In this document: piece after piece, positions 9,288-18,855 of the stretch
Position numbering within the stretch: position 1 is the first letter of the stretch
Layout: each line of letters starts with the position of its first letter
NCBI GenBank assembly: GCA_021648085.1
Contig: JAKITS010000001.1
Coordinates: forward strand, 132,948 to 196,947
DNA: 64,000 nucleotides
Direction: 5' to 3'
Source: Candidatus Magasanikiibacteriota bacterium
GTDB taxonomy: Bacteria; Patescibacteriota; Patescibacteriia; Magasanikbacterales; UBA922
The notes under the pieces: generated by a model
Database searches by the model: none
The model's input: the letters and a program-made list of their open reading frames with translations, nothing else
What the model was told of the DNA's origin: nothing
Translations under genes and position numbers: made by a program

Positions 9288-10349
9288 ATGACAGACGACA
9301 CAATAAATGTTCAGGTAAACAGTTTTGATATAGAGAATACGAAAAAAGAAAGTTCATTTACTTCAACAGGAGATAAATTGTTATATCACGAAAAAGCCAT
9401 TGAAGACCTTAGGTGGAAAAAAAATCATCCTATAGTTTTACATATAATGCCTACAGAAATTTGTAATTTGCGGTGTGTATTTTGTTCTGTAGCTCAAAGA
9501 GGTGAAGAGGGGAAATTATTACCAGACCTGACTATGGACCAGATTAAAAGTGTGGTAACAGAATTTAAAAAGATGGGTCTAAAAGCTGTTATTTTAAGTG
9601 GGGGAGGTGAGCCGTCTGTATATCGACATATCAATGAGTTATTAGAGTATCTACATTCAGAAGGTTTGGAAATTGGGATGATATCTAATGGGGTAGTATT
9701 ATCAAATAAGGTTGATGAGGACAAGTTGAAGTATTTAACTTGGTTAAGGATCTCAATAAATGCTCTTGATTATGTTCCAGATATTAAAATACCTAAGTTA
9801 GATTCAGAAAAAACAACATTAGGGTTTAGTTACATTTGGAATCCGCTATCATCAGAAGAGGTTATAAATAAAATAAAAAACAAAGTACAAGAAATTTCAA
9901 CTACAAACAAAGTTGAATACATTAGATTATTACCCGATTGCAATCTTGAAACAGGTGAATTGGAGGCTGCACATGAAAAATTAAGAAAAATTACAAAAAG
10001 ACTTGGTGCACCTTTCTTCCATCAATATAAAACACATATAACACCAAAAGAATGTCATCTCGGAAGAGTTCATCCGGTACTTTATGTGGATGGATATGTG
10101 TATCCATGTGATTCTCTGGTTTTAAATTCCCCAGCTGATGACAAGAAATTTCATAGAGAATTTGCTTTATGTAAATGGGATGAGGTTGAAGAGTTTTATT
10201 CACAAAAAATAAACGGCACATTAATAAATACTGAAAAATGCCACAATTGTGTATTTAGTCGTCAAAATGAACTTTTGTCTAAAATTATTAACACAAAAGA
10301 TGAACTACCTAAACCAAACAAAGACTTAAAACATAAAAATTTTATTTAA
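9288..10349 (+). CDS. Radical SAM enzyme
   Basis: 'TEICNLRCVFCS' CxxxCxxC cluster followed by the glycine-rich 'VILSGGGEPS' SAM-binding motif. Confidence 0.75.
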   Translation: MTDDTINVQVNSFDIENTKKESSFTSTGDKLLYHEKAIEDLRWKKNHPIVLHIMPTEICNLRCVFCSVAQRGEEGKLLPDLTMDQIKSVVTEFKKMGLKAVILSGGGEPSVYRHINELLEYLHSEGLEIGMISNGVVLSNKVDEDKLKYLTWLRISINALDYVPDIKIPKLDSEKTTLGFSYIWNPLSSEEVINKIKNKVQEISTTNKVEYIRLLPDCNLETGELEAAHEKLRKITKRLGAPFFHQYKTHITPKECHLGRVHPVLYVDGYVYPCDSLVLNSPADDKKFHREFALCKWDEVEEFYSQKINGTLINTEKCHNCVFSRQNELLSKIINTKDELPKPNKDLKHKNFI

Positions 10350-10355
10350 TTTTTT

Positions 10356-10997
10356 ATGAAAAATGATTTTGATAGAGAATACTATGAAGACGGGCTTGTA
10401 ACTGGTAAGTCTGGCTATGTTAATTATAGGTGGATGCCAGAGTTAACAATAAAAATGGCGTATAATATTATAAAACATCTTAATCTTAAGGATGGTGAAT
10501 CTGTATTAGATTTTGGATGTGCAAAAGGTTTTGTTGTTAAATCTTTGAAGATATTAGACATAAACGCTTATGGTTGTGATATTTCATCTTATGCAATAGA
10601 TAATCTTGAAACAGAAGTTAGAAATTGTTGTAAATTGATTAATTCTGAATCAAAAAGTGTTATTCCTTTTGAAAAAAAGTTTGATTGGATTATGAGTAAG
10701 GATGTGTTAGAGCACATAAGTGAAGAGGGTCTGGATATATTTTTGGAGGAATCATTTGGTAAAACTGATAAAATGTTTCACATAATTCCTTTGGCTGATA
10801 AAAAAGGGAGTTATATAGTGCCTGATTATGAATTTGACAAAACACATATTTTGAGAAAAGATTTAAATTGGTGGATTCAAAAATTTAAATCAAAAGGGTG
10901 GAATAATGTTTCATTTGAATACAAAATAAAAGGAATAAAGGAGAATTGGACAAATAAATATGCTTTTGGGAATGCTTTTTTTATAGTTAAAAAATAA
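10356..10997 (+). CDS. Class I SAM-dependent methyltransferase
   Basis: 'VLDFGCAKGFV' motif I. Confidence 0.6.
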   Translation: MKNDFDREYYEDGLVTGKSGYVNYRWMPELTIKMAYNIIKHLNLKDGESVLDFGCAKGFVVKSLKILDINAYGCDISSYAIDNLETEVRNCCKLINSESKSVIPFEKKFDWIMSKDVLEHISEEGLDIFLEESFGKTDKMFHIIPLADKKGSYIVPDYEFDKTHILRKDLNWWIQKFKSKGWNNVSFEYKIKGIKENWTNKYAFGNAFFIVKK

Positions 10998-11016
10998 TTC
11001 CGTTAAAATAAAATTT

Positions 11017-11949
11017 ATGTTGAGTTTCAGTGAAAATAATGGGTTATTTCCAACGCCAATTTTATTGGTTATTTTTAATAGACCGGAAAAATTGAAAAAC
11101 TTAATGAAGATTTTGTCTCAAGTTAAACCAGAAAAATTATATATTTCTGCTGACGGCCCTAGAAAAAATAACTTAAAAGACGTGGAGTTTTGTAAAAGAG
11201 CAAGAAATATAGCAACAAATATAAACTGGCCTTGTGAAATTTACACTAATTTTGCTACAGAAAATTTAGGACTTTCTGGAAATAGAGGTTTGGAAACTGC
11301 ATTTAACTGGTTTTTTTCTATTGAACCAGAAGGTATAATTTTTGAGGATGATCATCTACCATCATTGGATTATTTTAATTATGCACAAACTCTTTTGTCT
11401 AAATATCGTGATGAGGAAAAAGTTATGATGATATGTGGAACAAATTTTCAAGGTGAGATTGAGGGTGATGGTGCAAGTTACTATTTCTCTATATATCCAA
11501 CTTGGGGGTGGGCTACTTGGAGAAGGTCGTGGGATAAATATGACCGTGAAATGAAAGGTTTAGATAGTTTTTTGAATTTAAAAAAAATTGACGAAATACT
11601 ATACAATTTAAAACAGAAAAAATATTGGATTAATTTTTTTAAAAAAATTAAAAATGGTAAGTTTCATTTTATGGATTCTAAATTAATGTTTGCAATGTGG
11701 AACTCCAATAGTGTATGTATAATACCGAATAGTAATTTAATAGAAAATATTGGTTTTGGAGAGGGTGCTACAAATACATTTGACGAGTATGGTTTGTCTA
11801 TGGTTAGAAGAGGGTTGAAAGAAATTAATCACCCAAAAACAATAACAGTAAACAGAACTGCAGATGATTTTTTTTATAACAAAGTTTGCAAAAGAAGTTT
11901 ATTCCAAAAAATTAAATACAAAATAAAATTTTTATTTAGGGAATTATAA
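11017..11949 (+). CDS. Putative GT-A fold glycosyltransferase, paralog of 1745..2713
   Basis: See the 1745 feature for the shared blocks. Confidence 0.4.
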   Translation: MLSFSENNGLFPTPILLVIFNRPEKLKNLMKILSQVKPEKLYISADGPRKNNLKDVEFCKRARNIATNINWPCEIYTNFATENLGLSGNRGLETAFNWFFSIEPEGIIFEDDHLPSLDYFNYAQTLLSKYRDEEKVMMICGTNFQGEIEGDGASYYFSIYPTWGWATWRRSWDKYDREMKGLDSFLNLKKIDEILYNLKQKKYWINFFKKIKNGKFHFMDSKLMFAMWNSNSVCIIPNSNLIENIGFGEGATNTFDEYGLSMVRRGLKEINHPKTITVNRTADDFFYNKVCKRSLFQKIKYKIKFLFREL

Positions 11950-11957
11950 ATATAAAA

Positions 11958-12734
11958 ATGAAAAAAAGAATATTACACTTTATTAAATTTTTTTTACGTA
12001 AGTTTGGAGTTATAATTATTAAGCCAAAAGATGTAAATATAATAAGTAGGCTTAAAAAAAAATTTATACATAATGAAAGAAGTTTCGTGTCAGGACTAAC
12101 TAAGAGGCTGGCCGATTCTTTATATTGCCATGCTTCCCCAGGCGTTATCGAATTAATTATTGTTTATTTATCTAAATATTTAAAAAATAACAAAGAAAAT
12201 AATAAATTACTTAATCTGGGTGGAGGAACTGGACAAGTATCTGATATTTTTCGTGAGATTGGTTTCAATGTTTATAATGTGGATCTTGAAGAAAAAAATG
12301 AAAGTGAAAAAAAAATAAGGTTTGATTTAAATAGCAGTAAAGAGCTTCCGTTTTCTTCTTCTTTTTTTAATGTTGTTGTATGTTCGGAAATAATAGAACA
12401 TATTGAGAATCCATGGAAACTCTTCAGGGATGCAAAAAGGGTTTTAAAAAAAGATGGGATTTTAATAGTGACAACTCCAAATGTACAATCGTTGTATAGT
12501 AGGATTAAATTTTTGTTTAAAGGATACTTACATTGGTTTACTCTCGAATGTTTTTCTTATCATATAAATCCGGTATTTAAATGGGAAATAGACTTGATTG
12601 CAAAAAAAAATAATTTCGATGTTTTAAAAATAATGGGTAGTGGAGATTACTTTTTGTCTAGAGATAATAGAAATTATAAAAAAATTATAAGAAATAATGA
12701 AAGTTTGATTATTTTTTTAAAAAATAATGCATGA
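11958..12734 (+). CDS. Class I SAM-dependent methyltransferase
   Basis: 'LLNLGGGTGQVS' motif I and 'VVCSEIIEHIENP' post-II region. Confidence 0.65.
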   Translation: MKKRILHFIKFFLRKFGVIIIKPKDVNIISRLKKKFIHNERSFVSGLTKRLADSLYCHASPGVIELIIVYLSKYLKNNKENNKLLNLGGGTGQVSDIFREIGFNVYNVDLEEKNESEKKIRFDLNSSKELPFSSSFFNVVVCSEIIEHIENPWKLFRDAKRVLKKDGILIVTTPNVQSLYSRIKFLFKGYLHWFTLECFSYHINPVFKWEIDLIAKKNNFDVLKIMGSGDYFLSRDNRNYKKIIRNNESLIIFLKNNA

Positions 12735-13582
12735 TAGTAATTAAACTAAAAGGTGGCTTAGGAAATCAATTATTCCAATATGCATTTGGGAGCCTTCTTG
12801 CTTCTAAAAGAAAAGAGGAACTGTTTTTGGATAAAGATATTTTAGGTGCTAAAAAAGATAGTTATCGTCAGTGTGGTTTAAAACATTTTAACATTGGTAA
12901 TAGTATCGTTACTTTTAATGAAGTGCAGAAAATTAAATATCCTTTTGGTATTATTTCAAAAATTTGGCGTGGATTTAAAGGTAAAATACTGAAAATACAT
13001 AATGTTGGCTGGAATCCACGAATTTTGAATTCTAAAAAGAGTTATTTTGATGGGTATTGGCAGAGTTATAAATATCCAAAAATAATAAGGGAGAAATTAT
13101 TAAAAGAGCTTACTCTTAAAAACCCTATTAAAGATAAATATTATAATATTTTGGAAAAAATTAATAACTCAAATTCAATTTCTTTACATGTCAGAAGGGG
13201 GGATTATGTGAATAATCAAAAAACTGCCAAGGTTCATAATATTTGTAATTTAGAATATTATGAAAAGGCAATAGAAAAAATTTCTAAAAAAATAGACAGT
13301 CCAATATTTTTCATTTTTTCTGACGATATTGGGTGGGTAAAAAATAATTTGAAAATTAAAAATTCTACATTTTTTGTTTCTGACACAAATATTGAAGATT
13401 ATGAGGAGTTAATAATAATGAGTAAATGTAAACATAATATTATTGCGAATAGTACATTTAGTTGGTGGGGTGCTTGGTTAAATCAAAATAAAACTAAAAT
13501 AGTCATCGCACCTGCTAAATGGAATAATAAATATCAAAAAAAATATAAAGACTTAATTCCACCAAGTTGGATAAAAATATAA
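12731..13582 (+). CDS. Alpha-1,2-fucosyltransferase (GT11)
   Basis: N-terminal 'KLKGGLGNQLFQYAFG' is the diagnostic GT11 motif. 'HVRRGDY' is a second GT11 block. Confidence 0.8.
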   Translation: MIVIKLKGGLGNQLFQYAFGSLLASKRKEELFLDKDILGAKKDSYRQCGLKHFNIGNSIVTFNEVQKIKYPFGIISKIWRGFKGKILKIHNVGWNPRILNSKKSYFDGYWQSYKYPKIIREKLLKELTLKNPIKDKYYNILEKINNSNSISLHVRRGDYVNNQKTAKVHNICNLEYYEKAIEKISKKIDSPIFFIFSDDIGWVKNNLKIKNSTFFVSDTNIEDYEELIIMSKCKHNIIANSTFSWWGAWLNQNKTKIVIAPAKWNNKYQKKYKDLIPPSWIKI

Positions 13583-13583
13583 T

Positions 13584-14363
13584 ATGAACTTGTTTAAAAT
13601 CAGTATAATAATGATAAATTATAATCGTACTGAGTATATAAAAGAAGCTATACAGAGCGTTTTAGACCAATCACTCAAAGATTGGGAACTTGTAATTGTT
13701 GACGATGGCTCTACTGATTCTAGTGAAAATATTATAAAATCATTCAGTGAAAAAGATGATAGAATTGTTTATTTTAAAAATGAAGAGAATTTAGGAATAG
13801 TATATTCTAGGAATAAGACATTAAAAAATTCAAAAGCTGATTTAGTTGCAGTGTTAGATAGTGATGATATTTGGGTGGATAATTTTAAATTAGAGAAGCA
13901 AGTTGGTAAATTTAAAGAAAATAAAAATCTTGTTTTGGTTGGCGGTGGTGTTATTGAGATAGATAAAAACGGAAAAGAGAAAAAAAGATATTTAAATCCT
14001 AATAGCGATGAAAAAATACGAAAAAATATTTTATTTAAAAATCCTTTTGCGCATTCTAGTGTAATGTTTAAGAAAAGTATTGTGGAAGGTGTTGGAGGTT
14101 ATAATAATCTAGAGATAGGTGAAGATTATGATCTGTGGTTGCGTTTGGGAAAAGAGGGTAAATTTTTAAATTTAGATGACTATCTTGTAAAATATAGAGT
14201 GCATAGCAAAAATACCTGCAACACAAAAATTATTCAGGCCTTAAAAAATAATATAATTTTAGTGTTGAAATATAGAAAATTTTATGGTAGATTTTATATT
14301 GCTATAACAAGACGATTATTTCGTTATATTGTTGGTTTGGTTTTATTTAAAACAAAAAGATGA
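13584..14363 (+). CDS. Family 2 glycosyltransferase
   Basis: 'ISIIMINYNRTEYIKEAIQSVLDQ...VIVDDGSTD...LDSDD'. Confidence 0.8.
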   Translation: MNLFKISIIMINYNRTEYIKEAIQSVLDQSLKDWELVIVDDGSTDSSENIIKSFSEKDDRIVYFKNEENLGIVYSRNKTLKNSKADLVAVLDSDDIWVDNFKLEKQVGKFKENKNLVLVGGGVIEIDKNGKEKKRYLNPNSDEKIRKNILFKNPFAHSSVMFKKSIVEGVGGYNNLEIGEDYDLWLRLGKEGKFLNLDDYLVKYRVHSKNTCNTKIIQALKNNIILVLKYRKFYGRFYIAITRRLFRYIVGLVLFKTKR

Positions 14364-15472
14364 AAATTCTTTATTTAATTACAAAATCAGAACAGGGTGG
14401 GGCGCAAACACATGTGGCTCAGCTTATGAAACACTTCAAAGAAAAGGATTGGGATATAACTTTGATGTCATCTTCGCAAGACGGCTGGCTTGGAAAAAAG
14501 GCGGCTGATTTTGGTGTTGATTTTATACCGAGTAAATACTTAACCAATACTATAAATCCACTAAAAGTTTGGAAGAGCTTTTTGGAAATTCGCAAGGTTG
14601 TAAATAAGACTAATCCGGACATTGTTCATTGTCATAGTTTTTTTGCTGGTTTCCTCGGGAGGCTTGCTGTAAAAGGTAAATATCCTACAATTTTTACACC
14701 ACACGGTTGGGGTTTCAATGTTGGGGTTTCTTTTTTTCGCAAACATTTTGCAATTCAAGTCGAAAGATTTTCTAGTCGTTTTACAAACAAAATACTTTGT
14801 GTTTCAGAATATGGAAAGAAACTAGCTATTCAATATAAAATAGATAAACCAGAAAAATTTATTGTAATTTATAATGGAATTGAAGATGTTTTACCAACTA
14901 TCGAATGCGCTAAAACACTAAGTGAAAAAGTGAATTTTGTCTTTGTTGGAAGATTGACAGAACCAAAAAAGCCTTCATTTCTATTAAAAGCAATTACTCT
15001 TTTACCAGAAGATATAAAACAAAAAGTTAATGTGACAATAATAGGAAAAGGTGAGAAAGAAAAAGAAATAAAAGAATTTATAATTAAAAACAATTTAGAA
15101 AAAACAGTAATTCTAAAAGGTCTTTTGTCTAGAGAGGATGTTTTTGATCAGCTTTGCAATAAGACTGATGTTTTTACCTTATTTTCAAAGTGGGAAGGTC
15201 TGCCAATTACTATTCTAGAGGCTATGAGCGCCAGCTTGCCGGTAGTAGCATCGAAAGTTGGAGGAATACCCGAGCTTGTCTCAAAAACTAATGGTTTCTT
15301 AATTGAGCGAGATGATATAAATTCTTTGGTAAACGCTATAACAACTCTTGTAAAAGAAAGTGATTTAAGAATAGAAATGGGTAAAAATTCAAGAAAAAAA
15401 ATACAGGAAAATTTCACCCTATCTATAATGTTTAGTAAAGTGGAAGAAGAGTATAATAATTTGTTAAAATAA
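14360..15472 (+). CDS. Family 4 (GT-B) glycosyltransferase
   Basis: 'FSKWEGLPITILEAMSASLPVVASKVGGIPE' GT4 C-terminal signature. Confidence 0.8.
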   Translation: MKILYLITKSEQGGAQTHVAQLMKHFKEKDWDITLMSSSQDGWLGKKAADFGVDFIPSKYLTNTINPLKVWKSFLEIRKVVNKTNPDIVHCHSFFAGFLGRLAVKGKYPTIFTPHGWGFNVGVSFFRKHFAIQVERFSSRFTNKILCVSEYGKKLAIQYKIDKPEKFIVIYNGIEDVLPTIECAKTLSEKVNFVFVGRLTEPKKPSFLLKAITLLPEDIKQKVNVTIIGKGEKEKEIKEFIIKNNLEKTVILKGLLSREDVFDQLCNKTDVFTLFSKWEGLPITILEAMSASLPVVASKVGGIPELVSKTNGFLIERDDINSLVNAITTLVKESDLRIEMGKNSRKKIQENFTLSIMFSKVEEEYNNLLK

Positions 15473-15476
15473 TTTT

Positions 15477-16157
15477 ATGAAGATTGTTTTGATTGGATAT
15501 GGTGAAATAGGAAGTTCATTGTACGAGGTTTTTTCTAATTATGCACAAATAGAAATTTGTGATATTGATAAAAAAGTAGAAGGGAAGTTTGATATGATGT
15601 TTGTGGCAATTCCATATACAGAAAATTTTGTGGAGATTGTAAAAAATTACCAACTAAAACACAAGCCAAAAAGTACTATAATCTTCTCAACAGTTGCAAT
15701 TGGTACTTCAAGTCAGCTGGGTGCTGTACATTCTCCGGTTGAGGGAATGCACCCCACACTTGCAGATAGTATTCGTAGGGCTATAAGATGGGTTGGTGGT
15801 GAATCTACTGATTTTATCGGTCTTTTGGAAAAAGCTGGGATCAAGTTTAAGCAAGTCAAAAAACCAGAACATACAGAATTTTTAAAATTAAGATCCACTT
15901 CTCTTTATGGTGTGAATATTGAGTATGCTAGATATTGTAAAAAAGTAGCAGATGAAATAGAAATGGATTTTGAATATGTAAAAGATTTCGATTTGGATTA
16001 TAATAAACTATATAGAGATTTGGGAAAAGTTAATTATCAACGATATATATTAAATCCACCAGAAGGTAAAATAGGTGGACATTGTGTAGTGCCAAATGCA
16101 AAGATGCTTGATAGTCAATTCCCAGATGATTTTTTAAAAAAAATATTTAAAGATTAA
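15477..16157 (+). CDS. NAD(P)-binding Rossmann-fold protein of unknown function
   Basis: 'MKIVLIGYGEIGSSL' dinucleotide-binding motif. Confidence 0.35.
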   Translation: MKIVLIGYGEIGSSLYEVFSNYAQIEICDIDKKVEGKFDMMFVAIPYTENFVEIVKNYQLKHKPKSTIIFSTVAIGTSSQLGAVHSPVEGMHPTLADSIRRAIRWVGGESTDFIGLLEKAGIKFKQVKKPEHTEFLKLRSTSLYGVNIEYARYCKKVADEIEMDFEYVKDFDLDYNKLYRDLGKVNYQRYILNPPEGKIGGHCVVPNAKMLDSQFPDDFLKKIFKD

Positions 16158-16161
16158 ACAT

Positions 16162-17064
16162 ATGTCAAAATGTATTGTAACAGGTGGAGCGGGTTTTATA
16201 GGGTCTCATATCACAGATAAATTAATTGAACTCGGAAACGAGGTTTTAGTAATAGATAATTTAAGCTTGGGTAAAAAAGAATTTGTTAATTCAAAAGCTG
16301 AATTCCACCAAGTGGATATAAGAAATTTTGAGGAAATTAAAAATTTATTTGAAGGTGTTGGGGTTGTTTTTCATTTGGCAGCCGAGCCAAGACTTCCAAT
16401 TTCTATCGAAAAACCAATTGAAACTAACGATATAAATGTAAGTGGAACTTTGAATATACTTGAAGCTTCTAGGTTAGCGGGTGTAAAAAAAGTAGTTTTC
16501 TCTTCTTCTTGTGCTGTTTATGGAGATTGTGCGGTTATGCCAATTACTGAGAATTATCATAAAAATCCAAAAAGCCCCTATGGACTTCATAAATTGATAG
16601 GTGAGCAATACATGAAACTATACTCAGAACTGTTTGATTTGCCGACAGTTTGCTTAAGATATTTCAATGTCTACGGTCCTAGAAAATTGGCAGATGGGGG
16701 ATATCCAATGGTTATACCTGTATTTTTAAAGCAAATTGCAGAAGGTAAAAAAATGACAGTAATTGGAACAGGAGAAAATACAAGAGATTATGTCCATGTA
16801 AATGATGTTGCAGATGCAAATGTAAAAGCATGGGAATCAGAAGTTGTAAACGGAGAGTCTATAAATATAGGATTTGGAGAACAGACTAGTGTAAATAAAA
16901 TTGCAGAACATATTGGAGGTGAGAAAGAGTATCTTGAGCCTCGTATTGGAGAAATGTGTCGTGCCCAAGCTAATATTGAAAAAGCAAAAGAACTTCTAAA
17001 TTGGGAACCAGCTGTAAAATTTGAAGAGGGTATTGCTGGGTTAAAAAAAGAAATGGGGCTTTAA
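16162..17064 (+). CDS. NAD-dependent epimerase/dehydratase (UDP-hexose 4-epimerase-like)
   Basis: 'IVTGGAGFIGSH' and catalytic 'SPYGLHK' YxxxK. Confidence 0.8.
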   Translation: MSKCIVTGGAGFIGSHITDKLIELGNEVLVIDNLSLGKKEFVNSKAEFHQVDIRNFEEIKNLFEGVGVVFHLAAEPRLPISIEKPIETNDINVSGTLNILEASRLAGVKKVVFSSSCAVYGDCAVMPITENYHKNPKSPYGLHKLIGEQYMKLYSELFDLPTVCLRYFNVYGPRKLADGGYPMVIPVFLKQIAEGKKMTVIGTGENTRDYVHVNDVADANVKAWESEVVNGESINIGFGEQTSVNKIAEHIGGEKEYLEPRIGEMCRAQANIEKAKELLNWEPAVKFEEGIAGLKKEMGL

Positions 17065-17077
17065 GAATAAATTATAA

Positions 17078-17112
17078 AAAAAACACCGAGGCAAGTCTCG
17101 GTGTTTTTTTAT
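17078..17112. terminator. Bidirectional intrinsic terminator between convergent genes
   Basis: An A-run, then hairpin 'CACCGAG-GCAAGT-CTCGGTG', then a T8 run. Confidence 0.7.
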
Positions 17113-17126
17113 ATGTAAGTTTTTTT

Positions 17127-17215
17127 GTCATTCCTCTTAATTACAAAGCAGTCTTAGTATTTAATTCTTAGTTCTATTTTACAAACCCTGGATACCTAAT
17201 CGAGTTGAGGATGAC
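17127..17215. repeat. Family B MITE-like palindromic element (~89 nt)
   Basis: Starts 'GTCATTCCTC' and ends 'CTAATCGAGTTGAGGATGAC'. Same termini as the elements at 38730, 43473 and 56380. Confidence 0.7.
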
Positions 17216-17237
17216 AGTAAGAAAAGTTATTTTGAAT

Positions 17238-17279
17238 CGAGATCCATTCGACTCCGCTTTGCTTCGCTCAGGATGACGT
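17238..17279. repeat. Family A repeat unit (inverse orientation)
   Basis: 'CGAGATCCATTCGACTCCGCTTTGCTTCGCTCAGGATGACGT'. Confidence 0.75.
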
Positions 17280-17389
17280 GTGGAAACAAATTTACAAATT
17301 TTGGATCCCAATCAAATTAAAAATGTCAATGTTAGGTTTTTTGTTTTGTATTATGTTCTGTGTCTTTCCTTATTTAGTCTACTGTTTTC

Positions 17390-18778
17390 TTATTGCCCCA
17401 TAAATCTAATCACCAAATTCACAGTTTTTAATAAAATAGACACGTCCAAAAATATAGATCGGTTTTTTATATAAAACAAATCGTATTGAAGTTTTTGTAA
17501 TGAGCTTTCCATTGTGTCGGTATAGTTTTGGTTTATTACAGCCCAGCCAGTTAATCCGGGTTTTACGACATGTCGCAGTGAATAATATGGCATTTGTTCT
17601 TCTAGTTTTTTTGTTATTTCAGGTCTTTCTGGACGTGGTCCCACTAGTCCAATTTCTCCTTTTAGCATGTTTATTGCTTGTGGCAATTCGTCCAATCTGG
17701 TTTTTCTTAGGAATTTACCAAAACTTGTGATTCGTTTATCACCCTTTTTTGCAAAAGTAGCACCATCTATTTCGGCACTTCCATCTTTTGACAGAGCAAA
17801 CATAGATCTAAATTTGTAGATCATAAAGTGTTTTCCGAAGCGACCAATTCGTTTTTGTTTGAAAAAAACAGGCCCTTTTGATGTTGCTTTAATACCTATT
17901 GCAATAAAAGGAAGTGCTAGAGCAAATATAATAAAAATAAGTACAGCTCCAAAAAAGTCTAAAACAGTTTTAAATTTTTCATACACTGTGTTTTCATGAT
18001 GTCGGAGGTGTTGCAAAAACCAACCTTCAGAAAAAGTAAATGGAGGAATTCTACCCGTCGCAACTTCATAAAAAGATGATAAATCATTGATTTGTACTTT
18101 CCAAAAAAGCAATTCATAAAATTCGCGCATTGCATGATGATCGTCTTTTAAATTTGGAGATATTACTACTAAATGTGCATTATGATTTGTAATTGCCGGT
18201 CTTATTGTATTTAAATTGTAATAAACATCAAAAGAAAATTCAGATGATTTTATGATCTTGTTTGGCTCTATTAATCCTACAATTTTATAGCCTCTTTCTG
18301 GATTTTTTTCGAAAATATCTATTAATTCTTTTGCGTCTTTAGTATAACCAACTAAAAGAACATTTGTTTGTAGTTTTCTTATTCCAGAAAATTTTCTAAA
18401 TAAAAGTCTCCATAAAAAACTTAAACTATATCCAGTAAACACATTTAAAAGTAGTAGTGTTTTTGGAGCTATTTTTGAATTATTTATTAGGTAGAAAAAG
18501 AACACTCCAACAACTAGTGACAGTATGGCAGTCTCCACAAAACGACGATAAAAGGTTTCTTTTTTTGATATTTTAATAAGATCGTATAGACCGTTTATAT
18601 AATTGTTCAAAATCCAAATTATAAAAATAACACTAAATAGGGGTAAGTGTGATTCTATTTTTTCTAATGTGGGTAAGTGAAAGTTTCGTATTAAAAAACT
18701 TAACCAAAATCCGACCAAAAGACTTAGAATATCTCCAGAAAGTAAAATTATTTGTTTGAATCTATAAATAAAACGCAT
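17390..18778 (-). CDS. Polyprenyl-phosphate hexose-1-phosphate transferase (WbaP/WcaJ-like initiating sugar transferase)
   Basis: N-terminal TM segments. The C-terminal bacterial sugar-transferase domain matches 'KFRSMF...GLTGWAVINQ' and 'LVGPRPERPE'. Confidence 0.8.
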   Translation of the reverse strand: MRFIYRFKQIILLSGDILSLLVGFWLSFLIRNFHLPTLEKIESHLPLFSVIFIIWILNNYINGLYDLIKISKKETFYRRFVETAILSLVVGVFFFYLINNSKIAPKTLLLLNVFTGYSLSFLWRLLFRKFSGIRKLQTNVLLVGYTKDAKELIDIFEKNPERGYKIVGLIEPNKIIKSSEFSFDVYYNLNTIRPAITNHNAHLVVISPNLKDDHHAMREFYELLFWKVQINDLSSFYEVATGRIPPFTFSEGWFLQHLRHHENTVYEKFKTVLDFFGAVLIFIIFALALPFIAIGIKATSKGPVFFKQKRIGRFGKHFMIYKFRSMFALSKDGSAEIDGATFAKKGDKRITSFGKFLRKTRLDELPQAINMLKGEIGLVGPRPERPEITKKLEEQMPYYSLRHVVKPGLTGWAVINQNYTDTMESSLQKLQYDLFYIKNRSIFLDVSILLKTVNLVIRFMGQ

Positions 18779-18855
18779 GATGTTTGTTTGCTCTCAATGG
18801 TAAAATGGTATATTATATAAGTAAAGTTACTATTAGTTTATATTGAATTTATAGC

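Noticed and set aside
17280-17730. Two + strand ORFs (17280..17474, 17500..17730) overlapping the WbaP-like gene on the opposite strand
   Set aside because: They overlap the conserved C-terminal sugar-transferase domain of the minus-strand gene. There is no RBS or motif support.
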